Source: Candidatus Mesolinea sp. (GTDB lineage: Bacteria > Chloroflexota > Anaerolineae > Anaerolineales > Anaerolineaceae). From it: 64,000 nucleotides of DNA. Made by a program: the position numbers and the translations under genes. Location: contig DAOUFK010000002.1 in assembly GCA_034430095.1 (NCBI GenBank), forward strand, positions 7,617 to 71,616. The letters are read 5' to 3'. Position 1 is the stretch's first letter; every line of letters starts with the position of its first letter. The notes beneath the pieces were generated by a model, which did not search any database, was not told the DNA's origin, and saw only the letters and a program-made list of their open reading frames with translations. Shown here piece by piece: positions 9,916 through 20,000 of the stretch.

Positions 9916-10857
9916 CTAAACATTTTTTAAGATATTTAAATAAATGCTATTACTATCTAAACCGTGCTTAACGCGCAATTCGTCCGTTGATGCGGATTCA
10001 CCAAATTTATCTTGACTTCCTATACGAAGTAGACGACCTCCAACAGTAGAAACAAGTTCGGCAACCGCTCCACCCAATCCACCATAGATTGAGTGGTTTT
10101 CAATTGTCACAATCAACTTAGATTCCTTGGAAAGTTGTAAAATAAAGTCTTCATCTAAAGGTTTAATAGATCGAATGTTAACAACACTAATACCCATGCC
10201 TTTCTCAGCTAACATACGTGCAGCCTCATAAGCATTGAAAATCATACTCCCGTCTGCAATCAGCACTACATCGCGTCCTTTATCCATCCAGAAATCAGCT
10301 CGGCCAGGAGTAAACTTAACATCTGCAGGATAATATACAGGAACTGGTTGTCTCCCTATACGGATATAGTTTAGCTTGTCATTGCCGATAAGAGTGCGCA
10401 TAGCAGAACTTGTTTCATGAATATCCGATGGGGTATGAACATCAAGCCAGGGGATAACTCGGGCGAGGGCAAGATCCTCAAGCATTTGATGCGTACCTCC
10501 GTCGGGGCCAATGTCAAAACCGGGATGAGTGCCAATAATTGTAAACGGAACATGTGCATAGGCAGCCATTCTAATTTGTGTCCAAGGGAGTCCAATGGAG
10601 AACATAGTAAAACTAACTAAAACAGGATGGTAACCTGCAATGCTAAGACCGGTAGCTACACTCAAAGCGTTTTGTTCTTGTGATCCTAATTGAATAAAAC
10701 GCGAAGGAAATTTTTGCTCAAATGAACTTAAACGGGTGGACCTTCCCAGATCACAATCTAAAACGAGAAGCGTTTTATCTTCATCCGCAATTTGAAGTAA
10801 TGTTTTTCCGATGATATCTCTCGGAGCAATAAGTCTTGTGTCGATCATATAAATCAT
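9916..10857 (-). CDS. transketolase, C-terminal (pyrimidine-binding) subunit
   Basis: 313-aa ORF matching the second half of split transketolases (EQNALSVATGLS, GPDGGTHQMLEDLA). Confidence 0.85.
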   Translation of the reverse strand: MIYMIDTRLIAPRDIIGKTLLQIADEDKTLLVLDCDLGRSTRLSSFEQKFPSRFIQLGSQEQNALSVATGLSIAGYHPVLVSFTMFSIGLPWTQIRMAAYAHVPFTIIGTHPGFDIGPDGGTHQMLEDLALARVIPWLDVHTPSDIHETSSAMRTLIGNDKLNYIRIGRQPVPVYYPADVKFTPGRADFWMDKGRDVVLIADGSMIFNAYEAARMLAEKGMGISVVNIRSIKPLDEDFILQLSKESKLIVTIENHSIYGGLGGAVAELVSTVGGRLLRIGSQDKFGESASTDELRVKHGLDSNSIYLNILKNV

Positions 10858-10861
10858 TCCC

Positions 10862-11683
10862 TTATTCAGATAAGCCTAATTCTTGTAAGGCCTTTTTTAG
10901 CAAATCGTCAGGTAAATCAGCTGAATGCCATTGGGGCACATTTTCCATAAAGCTTACCCCTTTTCCTTTGATGGTATTGCAAGTGAACCAGATAGGTCCA
11001 GATTGGTTAGACTTAAAATTGTTTAAAGAACATAGCATTTCCAAGTAATTGTGTCCATCGATATCTTTAACAGTCCAACCAAAGTTTTCTATCTTCTGAG
11101 AAAGAGGGTAGACGTTCATGATGTCTGTCGCAATTCCCTCTTGTGTCAATTTATTTTCATCTAAAAAAATAATTAAGTTTGACAGTGAAAACTTTGCGGC
11201 TGACTGTATTGCTTCCCAAGTCTGGCCTTCGTTCATGTCTCCATTGCCTAAGATAACATAGACTTTCTTATTTGAGGAGCGCAATCTTTCTGCAAGTGCA
11301 AGACCAACTCCTAGCGACAATCCTTGCCCTAAATGTCCAGTATTTACTTGGACAAAAGGCAACTTATTACGATCAGGATGCCCTTGAAGTCGACTCCCCA
11401 ATTTCCGATAGGTTAGTAATTCATCCTCAGGTAAATAACCCAATTCAACGAGAACACTATAGAAAGCTGGAGCTGCATGACCTTTGCCCAGCACAAACCA
11501 GTCCTTGTTATGGTCGGTGGGGTCGAAATGACCCCACCCAACCAGGACTGTTTGAATCATATCTATTGCGGATAAGGAGCCACCAGGATGACCTGCATGA
11601 GCTGAATTTATCATCCTTAGAATTCTTCCTCTAAGAATAGGGGCCCGTTTTTCTAATGTTTCTGCAAGTTCTGTTAACTCCAT
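10862..11683 (-). CDS. transketolase, N-terminal (TPP-binding) subunit
   Basis: 273-aa ORF with TPP-binding motifs (GHPGGSLS, KGHAAPAFY, GHLGQGLS, GNGDMNEGQTWEA). Confidence 0.85.
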   Translation of the reverse strand: MELTELAETLEKRAPILRGRILRMINSAHAGHPGGSLSAIDMIQTVLVGWGHFDPTDHNKDWFVLGKGHAAPAFYSVLVELGYLPEDELLTYRKLGSRLQGHPDRNKLPFVQVNTGHLGQGLSLGVGLALAERLRSSNKKVYVILGNGDMNEGQTWEAIQSAAKFSLSNLIIFLDENKLTQEGIATDIMNVYPLSQKIENFGWTVKDIDGHNYLEMLCSLNNFKSNQSGPIWFTCNTIKGKGVSFMENVPQWHSADLPDDLLKKALQELGLSE

Positions 11684-11698
11684 TTTATCCTCTATACT

Positions 11699-12967
11699 TT
11701 ATTTTGTAATAAGCTTCAATAAGAAATACAAAGGAATACCGACCGCATTAAAATCTGTCTCCGGAAAAGCTGTACCAGATAATCCCATTTGTTCAAAAAT
11801 AGGATACATAATTGCAGGACCGATAGCAATCATAATTCCAGCGCATAATGCACCAATGATTGCGCCTTTCCATCCTCCGGTAGCATTCCCAAAGACACCT
11901 GCTGTGCCCCCTATGAAAAAGTAAGGAATTGCTACAGGAATAATAACGGGGGCTTTTAAGAGGATTAATACGAACATGGTAAGTAAACCACCAGCATAAG
12001 CAGCTAGAAATCCAATAATGACAGCTGTAGGAGCATACGGAAACACTACCGGGCAATCTAATGCAGGTACCGCATTAGGTATTACTTTTTCGGAGATACC
12101 GATGAATGCAGGCACGATCTCACCAAGGAACATGCGAACACCGGTAATAATTACATATACTGCACCTGCAAATGTTAAAGATTGCAAGAATGGGAAAAGA
12201 AGCCAATTAACTCCAGCAGAAAGCTCCTCAACGGCACCTTTTCCTGCAACTAATGCAGTTATATAAAAGAAAATGAGCATCGTGACAGAGATTGCTGATA
12301 CATAATCGCGGAAAAAAGTTAACCCTTGAGGTAGTTTTATTTTTTCAGTGCTATCCTCAGGGTTCCCAACTTTTGATCCTATCCATGAGGAAAAACTATA
12401 TGCAATTGTGCAATAATGACCGATGCCAATGTCGTCTGAGCCTGTGATTGCGTGCATGCCTTTTTTGCCTAAGAATGGAAAAATAGCTGCACCAATTCCC
12501 AGAATAATAGAACCAACTATTATTGTGATAGTATTCGACACTCCAGCGGCGCCAAAGACAACGGCCAACATCGCTGCAAAAAACAGATTGTGTTGACCTG
12601 TTAGGAAAATATACTTAAATTTAGTCAGGCGGGCAAATATCAAGTTCACAATAAAACCAAATACCATAATCAACGCTGTTGCTACACCGAAATCTTTCAT
12701 TGCTATAGCTGTAATATTTTCAGCTAATGGGGTAACACCAACAAGGTTGAATGCTTTTGAAAATAATGTTTGGAAGTTTCCCAACGCTACAACACCAGCC
12801 CCCGCACCAATGCCAAAAACGAGGAATCCAACCATTGTCTTTATAACACCCGAAGCTATCTCAGGGAACGATTTTTTTTGAATTAGTAAGCCTACTAACG
12901 CTACCAAACCCACCAAGACGGTTGCATTCCCAAGAAAATCTTTAACGAAAGTCAATAAAATATCCAT
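11699..12967 (-). CDS. PTS ascorbate-family transporter subunit IIC (UlaA/SgaT family)
   Basis: Polytopic membrane ORF of the UlaA/SgaT type. I chose the start at ATG 12967, which is preceded by AAGGAG; the ORF-track start at 12991 is a TTG. Confidence 0.85.
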   Translation of the reverse strand: MDILLTFVKDFLGNATVLVGLVALVGLLIQKKSFPEIASGVIKTMVGFLVFGIGAGAGVVALGNFQTLFSKAFNLVGVTPLAENITAIAMKDFGVATALIMVFGFIVNLIFARLTKFKYIFLTGQHNLFFAAMLAVVFGAAGVSNTITIIVGSIILGIGAAIFPFLGKKGMHAITGSDDIGIGHYCTIAYSFSSWIGSKVGNPEDSTEKIKLPQGLTFFRDYVSAISVTMLIFFYITALVAGKGAVEELSAGVNWLLFPFLQSLTFAGAVYVIITGVRMFLGEIVPAFIGISEKVIPNAVPALDCPVVFPYAPTAVIIGFLAAYAGGLLTMFVLILLKAPVIIPVAIPYFFIGGTAGVFGNATGGWKGAIIGALCAGIMIAIGPAIMYPIFEQMGLSGTAFPETDFNAVGIPLYFLLKLITK

Positions 12968-13071
12968 TTTGTTCTCCTTATGTATTAACAAATTATTTTT
13001 TAGAATAAATAAATTCTATATGTGTTCTACATAAATCCTCCTTTCATAGATATCCGCTCAGACAATTTATA

Positions 13072-13371
13072 TCAATTCTGCTTACTATTTAGTTCTTCTA
13101 ACTCTCTCAACAAACCTATTGATATCTCTGAACGACTAACTATATTTTTTATTCCTAAGACTGGTTTTCCTATTGGTTTTAAAATATCTACAAGATCCGC
13201 CATACAAACAAACAGATCAGCGTCGCTTCCTTTAGCAGAGGACACAACATCAGAAGAAATATAGAAGGGTAATCCCCCTTCCTTCACTGCTCGTTCCACT
13301 TGAACTTTTAACATGATGCTACTTCCCATACCCGTTCCACAAACAACTAATAATTTATACTTTTTATCCAT
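13072..13371 (-). CDS. PTS subunit IIB
   Basis: 99-aa ORF with the Cys phosphorylation-site context LLVVCGTGMGSS. Confidence 0.75.
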   Translation of the reverse strand: MDKKYKLLVVCGTGMGSSIMLKVQVERAVKEGGLPFYISSDVVSSAKGSDADLFVCMADLVDILKPIGKPVLGIKNIVSRSEISIGLLRELEELNSKQN

Positions 13372-13383
13372 AGAACTCCTAAT

Positions 13384-14151
13384 TTAACACAATGTGATCT
13401 TCACACCTAAGTTTTCAATTTCATGTAAGATTTCCGCATCTGCGTCTTTTGAAGTAACGATTCGTTCTGCAATTCCAATTGGTGCAACGATGCTTGTTGC
13501 AACATAGCCAATTTTAGTATGGTCTGCTGTAATAATGACACTTTTACTTGTTTTCATGATCATACGGTCCGTTTGCAGCTCTTGAGGAAAATCACTTGTT
13601 AAGCCATATTTAGGATGAACACCGCGCATACCCATTATTACTTTGTCCACATGTAAGTTTTGCAGTATTGTTTCAGAAAAATGACCATAAAATGAGTATT
13701 CATTACGCCGAAGAAATCCGCCAATTGCAATTACTGGCATTTTAGCGTTTGAGGTAAGCTCCTCGATGACAGGTAAAGCATTTGTAACAACTGTAATGTC
13801 GTCTCGATAAATTAATGCTTTAGCAACGTAGGTAGTTGTGGTTCCAGATCCTAAAAAAACCATTTCCCCTGGTCCAATAAGTTTTGCTGTTTCTTTACCT
13901 ATTCTTTGTTTTACATCTGCAAGAGTTTTCATTCGGTTATAAATGTTATTGATATTCTTCAAAGGGAGATTGGAGGTTGCATATGCACCACCATATATTT
14001 TCCGAAGATATCCTTGATTTTCAAGATCATTTAAATCTCGTCGTATCGTCATTGCGGAGACGTGGAATATATCAGCTAGCTCATTGACCTTGACATGCCC
14101 CTCTCGATCAATCTTATCAAGAATGATTGCTAATCGCTCCTCTTTGAACAT
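13384..14151 (-). CDS. DeoR-family transcriptional regulator
   Basis: The N-terminal HTH reads ERLAIILDKIDREGHVKVNELADIFHVSAMTIRRDLNDLE, followed by a DeoR C-terminal sensor domain. The start is ATG 14151. Confidence 0.85.
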   Translation of the reverse strand: MFKEERLAIILDKIDREGHVKVNELADIFHVSAMTIRRDLNDLENQGYLRKIYGGAYATSNLPLKNINNIYNRMKTLADVKQRIGKETAKLIGPGEMVFLGSGTTTTYVAKALIYRDDITVVTNALPVIEELTSNAKMPVIAIGGFLRRNEYSFYGHFSETILQNLHVDKVIMGMRGVHPKYGLTSDFPQELQTDRMIMKTSKSVIITADHTKIGYVATSIVAPIGIAERIVTSKDADAEILHEIENLGVKITLC

Positions 14152-14241
14152 AGCTCTAACATTATATAAATCAAAATGGGATAAGTCAACAAAGACACAC
14201 AACCGAACATATAAAAACAATAAACAATAATATTATTATAA

Positions 14242-15270
14242 TTAATAACTTCGGCTTATATCCACCTGGTTATAGAGCGGCTCGCCGGCTTGGTAGCGCT
14301 GTAAGTTTTCAACGAATAATTCTACAACCGCATCCATCAGCTTCGGGCTGATGCCAGAAACATGTGGCGTGATGATCACATTGGGCAGGCTCCACAAGGG
14401 GCTTTCTGGCGGCAGCGGCTCCTGCTCGAAGACGTCCAACACCGCTCCGCCGACCCTGCCTGATTTCAATGCCGACACGAGAGCAGCTTCATCCACCAGT
14501 CCGCCACGGGCAATATTCACAAAGCCGGCACCAGGCTTCATCGCCTCGAACATTTTATCCGAGAAAAGATGATAGGTCTCCTTGGTGAGCGGCAAAGCCA
14601 GCACCACAAAATCACATTCTGGCAGCATACCCGGCAGCCCTTCGATAGGGTAGAGACGGCGGAAGTAATTGCCTTTCGGGTCGCCTAAGCCTTGGGCGTT
14701 ATAGCCGTTATCTTCTGGCTGCATCACGTTGCGCTTGGCTGCCAGCACAGTAGCCCCAAAGGCATAAAGCAGGCGCGCTACTTCGCGTCCAATGGAACCA
14801 TAACCAACGATGCCGACAGTGCTTTCGCGCAATTCCTGAGGCATTAGCGCGTCACCGTAATTAGGCAGCCATTTTTTCTCGTGCTGTGCCTGGATGGCTT
14901 TGGGCAGCTTATGCGAAAGCGCTAATAGTGCCATCAGGGCATATTCGCCCAATTGGCTCACGCGAACGCCGCTTGCGGAAGTGAGCATTATGCCTGCCGC
15001 AGAGCTAACGGGATACTCTAATGCATGCTCCACACCAGCAAAGGAAACTTGAATCCATTTGAGCGCTGGGGCTTGCTCTCGAGTAGGCAAATTGCGCCCG
15101 CTGGTGAGCAATACCTCAGCCTTTTCCCAGATTTCTTTTGGCAGGTTTGCGGCATCTTTAGCGTTCACCACAGTCAAATGGATATTTTTAACTTTATTTT
15201 TGATGTATTCCTGCTGAGCTTCGTTCAGTTCGATGGTACTCAGCACTTCCACAGGTTTATTCTCACTCAT
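14242..15270 (-). CDS. D-isomer-specific 2-hydroxyacid dehydrogenase family protein
   Basis: NAD-binding motif GIVGYGSIGREVA, plus ARGGLVDE and ITPHVSG motifs. Confidence 0.8.
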   Translation of the reverse strand: MSENKPVEVLSTIELNEAQQEYIKNKVKNIHLTVVNAKDAANLPKEIWEKAEVLLTSGRNLPTREQAPALKWIQVSFAGVEHALEYPVSSAAGIMLTSASGVRVSQLGEYALMALLALSHKLPKAIQAQHEKKWLPNYGDALMPQELRESTVGIVGYGSIGREVARLLYAFGATVLAAKRNVMQPEDNGYNAQGLGDPKGNYFRRLYPIEGLPGMLPECDFVVLALPLTKETYHLFSDKMFEAMKPGAGFVNIARGGLVDEAALVSALKSGRVGGAVLDVFEQEPLPPESPLWSLPNVIITPHVSGISPKLMDAVVELFVENLQRYQAGEPLYNQVDISRSY

Positions 15271-16035
15271 CTATATATAAATCCTCTGAGGGTCTAATTC
15301 CTCTCTCAATATGCGTAATTCCTCAGGCGTTGGCGCTGGAGTCACTTCCACCTGGGGGGCTTGCTTGAGCTGCCAGCCAGTGTTAGCTTGTACCTCTTCA
15401 AAGGTACAGCCGGGGTGTAAGGCAGCTAAGATCAACTCGCCTTGCTCATCGGGCTTGAGGATGCATAAATTGGTGACCACAGCTTGCGGCCCTGCACCGC
15501 GCACACCAGTTTTAGCGCGAGCATCGCCGCCTTCCAAAAATCCAATCGATGTATGAAAGTCTACCCGAGCTGGGAAGCGCCGCTTTTGGTGCGGGGTGAT
15601 GATATAGCAGCGGTTTGCCCAGGCTGCGATCTCCATCGACCCGCCGGAACCCGGCAGGCGCACCTTGGGGTGGAAGTAATCACCAATGACAGTAGCATTG
15701 ATGTTGCCAAACTGATCAATCTGCGCGCCGCCCAAGAAACCGACGTCAATATTGCCGCGCTGCAGATAGAACGAAAAGATATCAAACATCGAGCAGACAG
15801 CTAACGCTCCACTCACGAGGGTGGGGTCACCGATGGAAAGCGGCAGGCGTTCGGGCTGCGCGCCAATCACGCCGGCTTCGTAGATCATTTGTAGGTGCGG
15901 AGCGTGTGTGCGACGAGCAAGATTGCAAGCTAAGTTCGGAATGCCTACACCTACGAAGACCTGGTCGCCATCCTGGAGAAGGCGGGCAGCATTGATAATC
16001 ATCAATTCTGTGGTGTTATAAGCTGCTTCACTCAT
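15271..16035 (-). CDS. CoA-transferase subunit B (3-oxoacid/glutaconate CoA-transferase family)
   Basis: Family motifs GGAQIDQFGNIN and PGSGGSMEIA. I chose the start at ATG 16035 (MSEAAY), which forms an ATGAGTGA overlap with the upstream stop. The ORF track extends to 16065. Confidence 0.8.
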   Translation of the reverse strand: MSEAAYNTTELMIINAARLLQDGDQVFVGVGIPNLACNLARRTHAPHLQMIYEAGVIGAQPERLPLSIGDPTLVSGALAVCSMFDIFSFYLQRGNIDVGFLGGAQIDQFGNINATVIGDYFHPKVRLPGSGGSMEIAAWANRCYIITPHQKRRFPARVDFHTSIGFLEGGDARAKTGVRGAGPQAVVTNLCILKPDEQGELILAALHPGCTFEEVQANTGWQLKQAPQVEVTPAPTPEELRILREELDPQRIYI

Positions 16036-16939
16036 TGGTAAAGCTCCCATAGTTAACCGGGGCACTCAGGCGCTGCCCAACGTGCAGGCGGCTGTGCGTC
16101 TCTTCGCCCAATTTCTGCCAATACTCCGCACGGTCGCGTACGCCAAATACCCATTCGTCCAAGTACGCGCTCACACTCGCTTCATCCTTACTGATTTCTT
16201 CCCAAGCTAAATATAACGCGTTGTCGCGGTCATAATAACCCTGGGTGTAAGAAGGGTGAGCGCAATAAGGCACGTGGCAGACGGCATCTACAATCATGGC
16301 GGGGATCAGCGTGCGGTTCGGGTCGGAGCGGATCACACTCTCATCCACAATCTCCTCGGCGGTAAGGATGACACGCTTGGCTGCAAAAGCGGCTTCACGT
16401 TGCTCGCCTAAGATGCCCCAAATATGCGCATTACCCTCGCTATCAGCGCGCTGAACATGCACAATGGCGACATCAGGGTTAAGCGCCGGCACCACAATTA
16501 CATCGTCCCCACCATAAGGGTCTTTCACACGCCGGTATTGCGGGTTCACGCGCTCCAAATCCACGGCGCCAGTTTGGCGCATGGGCATAAAGGGCAAACC
16601 GCTGGCACCAGCTTGCAGCCGGCTGATCATGCCGAAGTGGGAGTATTCCTCCCACTCTAAGGTACCGTTTTGGATGCCTTCGCGCAGCCACTTGAGCGAG
16701 CCGACCCCGGGATTGCCGGAGTAGGAGAAGATCACCTTACGCGCACAGCCAGCGGCGACCATTAGGTCATAAATCAGATCGGGGGTAGCGCGTGCTAAAG
16801 TCAAGTCCTTGCGCCCTTGGCGGATGATCTCGTGCCCAGCGGCGAAGGGGATAAGGTGGGTGAAGCCAGCGGCATAGATAGTATCACCATCATGCACATA
16901 GCTTTGTATCGCCTCGTTGAGGCTGACCAGTTTAGACAT
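16028..16939 (-). CDS. CoA-transferase subunit A
   Basis: The ORF begins MSKLVSLNEAIQSYVHDGDTIYAAGF, a typical subunit-A N-terminus. The start is ATG 16939, 1 nt after the upstream stop. Confidence 0.8.
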   Translation of the reverse strand: MSKLVSLNEAIQSYVHDGDTIYAAGFTHLIPFAAGHEIIRQGRKDLTLARATPDLIYDLMVAAGCARKVIFSYSGNPGVGSLKWLREGIQNGTLEWEEYSHFGMISRLQAGASGLPFMPMRQTGAVDLERVNPQYRRVKDPYGGDDVIVVPALNPDVAIVHVQRADSEGNAHIWGILGEQREAAFAAKRVILTAEEIVDESVIRSDPNRTLIPAMIVDAVCHVPYCAHPSYTQGYYDRDNALYLAWEEISKDEASVSAYLDEWVFGVRDRAEYWQKLGEETHSRLHVGQRLSAPVNYGSFTNE

Positions 16940-16940
16940 G

Positions 16941-17198
16941 TTATTTCTTTCCGCTTTCGATCCAGGATTTGTGTTGGTGTTTCTGCTCTTCACGGCGGGA
17001 GGGCGAAATTGATTCGCCCTCATCCGTTGTTTTGCTTGGGCGGCTGAGTAATGCCAACCCAAAAATTAAGACTAACAATCCTAATATTTGGTAGGATGCA
17101 ATTGGCAACTGGCGCACCCAGGACCAAGCCAACCAAATGAGGTTGGCAAAGCCCAAAATGGTGAGAACTCTGCCGACTTTCTTTAGGAACGCATCCAT
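16941..17198 (-). CDS. small hypothetical membrane protein (2 predicted TM helices)
   Basis: 85-aa ORF packed tightly between the aldehyde dehydrogenase and CoA-transferase genes. It has two hydrophobic stretches. I do not recognise a family. Confidence 0.4.
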   Translation of the reverse strand: MDAFLKKVGRVLTILGFANLIWLAWSWVRQLPIASYQILGLLVLIFGLALLSRPSKTTDEGESISPSRREEQKHQHKSWIESGKK

Positions 17199-17210
17199 TT
17201 TAGGTCAAAA

Positions 17211-18797
17211 TTAGGAACGGCGCACCGTATTGCGGATCTGCTCGTGCAGGTAAAGCGGCAGATAATACAATCCGCCAGCATTCTTGCCGCTGGAGCCAGA
17301 ACCTTTCCATCCTCCAAAGGGTTGGAAACCAGGCCAGGCGCCTGTGGTGGACCCCTGCGGACGGTTGGCATACACCACACCTGCTTGGATGTTGTCGTAG
17401 AACCAATCGATCTCGGATGGGTCGCCATAGAAGCCGGCGGTTAAGCCATAAATTGTGTCATTAGCCAATTGCATAGCTTCATCCAGATCCTTGACCCGCT
17501 CGACCATGGTAATAGGCAGGAACATTTCCTTCTTCCAGAGTGGATGATCGCGGGGGACGTCAGCTACGATAGTAGGCGCGCAGAAATAGCCTTTATCATA
17601 GATGCCGCCCTTGAGCTGCTTGCCTCCAGTGAGGATGGTGCCGGCTGCAGCCAGGTCTGTTATATAGCTCTGGTAGTCCGCATAAGCTTTCTTGTTGATG
17701 ACAGGTCCTAAGTAAACCTGCCGTTCCGTCGGGTCACCCACCGCAAACTTTTCCGTGAGCTCAACCATCCGCTGTACGACCTTATCATAAAGCGGTTCCT
17801 CGATGTAAACCCGTGAGGCAGCGGAGCATTTTTGCCCTTGCAGACCAAAAGCCGAGCGCACAGTGCCTAAGGCAGCATCTTCCACGTCCGCATGGCGGGA
17901 GATTATCGTGGGGTTTTTTCCGCCTAATTCCAGAATGGTAGGGCGCACATACTTGAGGTTGGTGTGATTATAGTAAAGGTTCATGCCTACATCATAAGAA
18001 CCTGTGAAAGTGATGCCGCTCACATCTGGGCTCTCAACTAATGCATTACCCAATGTGGAACCAGGACCAGTGGCTAGATTGACAACGCCATCTGGTAATC
18101 CAGCTTGGCGTAGGCAATCCACCAGCAGCGAAACCGTCCAGCAAGTATCGCTGGAGGGTTTGATCACGACGGTGTTGCCTGTTACGAGCGCAGAACCCGT
18201 TGGCCCAGCGGTGAGCGCAGCCGGGAAGTTGAATGGGCTAATGACCAGCCAAACGCCATAGGGGCGCAGCACGGATTGGTTAGTGGAGATGAAGCCCGGC
18301 AATGGGTCCGAGCCCATATCGCGCACATAGCCGCCGTTGGCTTCCATCTGGCTGCAGGCATAACGGATGAGCGCGATAGCCTCTGCGACTTCGCCTAAGG
18401 CTTCGCTGCGGTTTTTGCCGACCTCTAAAACCATGGCTGCTGCGACCTCGTAGACGCGCTCGTCGAGGATGTCAGCTGCTTTACGCAGCAGAGCAACGCG
18501 TTCTTCCCAGGGAGTATGGCTCCAGGCGGGGAAGGCAGCTTTGGCAGCAGCAATCGCATCGGCGGCATCCTGGGCTGTGCCCTTTTGGAAGGTAGCTAAG
18601 TGCCAGTCGGTGTTGATGGGGGAGTGCTCGTAATTCTTTTCGGTGGTAAAGCGTTCCTCGCCATTGATGAGCAATGGGTATTCCTGACCCAAATTGCTTT
18701 TAATCTTTTGGAGTGCAGCTTCAAAATTGATGTGCAGTTCTTCAGGGGGATTGAACATGGTGGCATAGGTGAGTTTGAAAGAAGATTCTTTCGGCAT
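17211..18797 (-). CDS. aldehyde dehydrogenase family protein (1-pyrroline-5-carboxylate dehydrogenase-like)
   Basis: 528-aa ORF with the ALDH catalytic motifs ELGGKNP and FGLQGQKCSAASR. The C-terminal FGGWKGSGSSGK resembles RocA/PutC-type enzymes. Confidence 0.85.
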   Translation of the reverse strand: MPKESSFKLTYATMFNPPEELHINFEAALQKIKSNLGQEYPLLINGEERFTTEKNYEHSPINTDWHLATFQKGTAQDAADAIAAAKAAFPAWSHTPWEERVALLRKAADILDERVYEVAAAMVLEVGKNRSEALGEVAEAIALIRYACSQMEANGGYVRDMGSDPLPGFISTNQSVLRPYGVWLVISPFNFPAALTAGPTGSALVTGNTVVIKPSSDTCWTVSLLVDCLRQAGLPDGVVNLATGPGSTLGNALVESPDVSGITFTGSYDVGMNLYYNHTNLKYVRPTILELGGKNPTIISRHADVEDAALGTVRSAFGLQGQKCSAASRVYIEEPLYDKVVQRMVELTEKFAVGDPTERQVYLGPVINKKAYADYQSYITDLAAAGTILTGGKQLKGGIYDKGYFCAPTIVADVPRDHPLWKKEMFLPITMVERVKDLDEAMQLANDTIYGLTAGFYGDPSEIDWFYDNIQAGVVYANRPQGSTTGAWPGFQPFGGWKGSGSSGKNAGGLYYLPLYLHEQIRNTVRRS

Positions 18798-18901
18798 TGA
18801 ACAATACCTCCTCAGGTTAGGTTGTTATTACCGTGATTGTATCACAGGTAAGATCGGGGAAATGGATTTACGCTTTATAGGAAGGTGATGCGAAAAGCAT
18901 C

Positions 18902-19852
18902 TTATTCGATTGCGTGGTAGTCGATTGGTTTTACCGGACGTTCAACGTGTTGATTGCCCTGGGAGACACCATTGGGGTAGTAAAAGCGTTGGCGCAGCTG
19001 CCAAGTAAGGGGTCCACTATAGCGGTAGCCCTGATAAGTACCCCAAAACTGGCACAGGCGGAACCAGATAATGCTCCCGAAGCTGCGGAGGAGTTCGCCA
19101 TCATGCGCGGCGTTTTGCATATCGCGTATGATGTTGCGCGCCGAAAGGCGCACGAAATCCAGAAAGCCAAAACGCTCATGAATGTAAATGTGCTTAAAGG
19201 CGATAGCTTCGCGCTTGTAGCGGTTGAAGACCGCTCGCGGCGTTTCGTTATGCACATGGATGATCTCGGCTTCAGGTGCATAGTGGATCTTGTAACCAAC
19301 GTTCATCATGCGCGTAGCCCACTCCAAATCCTCCAAGCCGGGCAAGGTCTCGTTATAGGGGTGCTCAAGCGCCAAACTGCGCCGCACCGCGGCATTGGCG
19401 TTATTGCAAAACGGACTTTCCTGGTATTGCTGGGCGTCATCCGGATACCAGCTGGCAAATATTTGGCGTTCCGAGTATTTCGAAGTCTCTCCGCCACGCT
19501 GTTTGCCGTAAACCAAGGCAATTTGCGGGTCAGCAAAAGGAGCCAACAATTTCTCCAACCAATCGGGGTAAACTGGGTAGACGTGCGCACTGGCAAACAC
19601 TAGGAGCTCGGCGCTGGCAGCTTGAATGCCCAGGTTGAGCGAACGACCAAAGGTAAACTCCTCGGGTGCGATGTGCACCACCTGCACCGGGTAGCGTGCT
19701 GCCACCATCAGCGTGCCATCCGTCGAGCCCGAATCGACGAGGATGATCTCAACGTCTTTGACCGTCTGCTGGGCGATGCCTTCGAGCAGGCGGCCAAGGT
19801 GTTTCTCTTCGTTATAGGAGCGGATGATGACTGAGCAAGCTGGTTGTGGCAA
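18902..19852 (-). CDS. glycosyltransferase family 2
   Basis: N-terminal GT-A motifs SVIIRSYNEEKHL and ILVDSGSTDGT. The start is TTG, preceded by AAGGTG. Confidence 0.8.
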   Translation of the reverse strand: MPQPACSVIIRSYNEEKHLGRLLEGIAQQTVKDVEIILVDSGSTDGTLMVAARYPVQVVHIAPEEFTFGRSLNLGIQAASAELLVFASAHVYPVYPDWLEKLLAPFADPQIALVYGKQRGGETSKYSERQIFASWYPDDAQQYQESPFCNNANAAVRRSLALEHPYNETLPGLEDLEWATRMMNVGYKIHYAPEAEIIHVHNETPRAVFNRYKREAIAFKHIYIHERFGFLDFVRLSARNIIRDMQNAAHDGELLRSFGSIIWFRLCQFWGTYQGYRYSGPLTWQLRQRFYYPNGVSQGNQHVERPVKPIDYHAIE

Positions 19853-19942
19853 CTTTCACCTTTTGCGTAGTGATTCCTAAGTGTATCTTCAGAAAATCTA
19901 TTATACCTGAAGCTTTGGAAGCCAAGTACTTTGTGGTTGCGT

Positions 19943-19977
19943 AAAAAAATAGCAGCCAGATGACCTGGCTGCTATTT
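19943..19977 (-). terminator. rho-independent terminator downstream of the ABC permease gene
   Basis: A 13-bp stem (aaatagcagccag / ctggctgctattt) with a 5-nt loop. On the minus strand it is followed by a T7 run. Confidence 0.65.
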
Positions 19978-20000
19978 AGGATTAATTTGAAAACCTAATC

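Noticed and set aside
16028-16035. The identical ATGAGTGA start/stop overlap at two gene junctions (16028-16035 and 35585-35592)
   Set aside because: This is an ordinary translational-coupling overlap. An identical 8-mer at two junctions is plausible by chance.
18914-19603. 229-aa plus-strand ORF
   Set aside because: It lies antisense to the GT2 glycosyltransferase gene and shows no motifs. It is a GC-rich shadow ORF.
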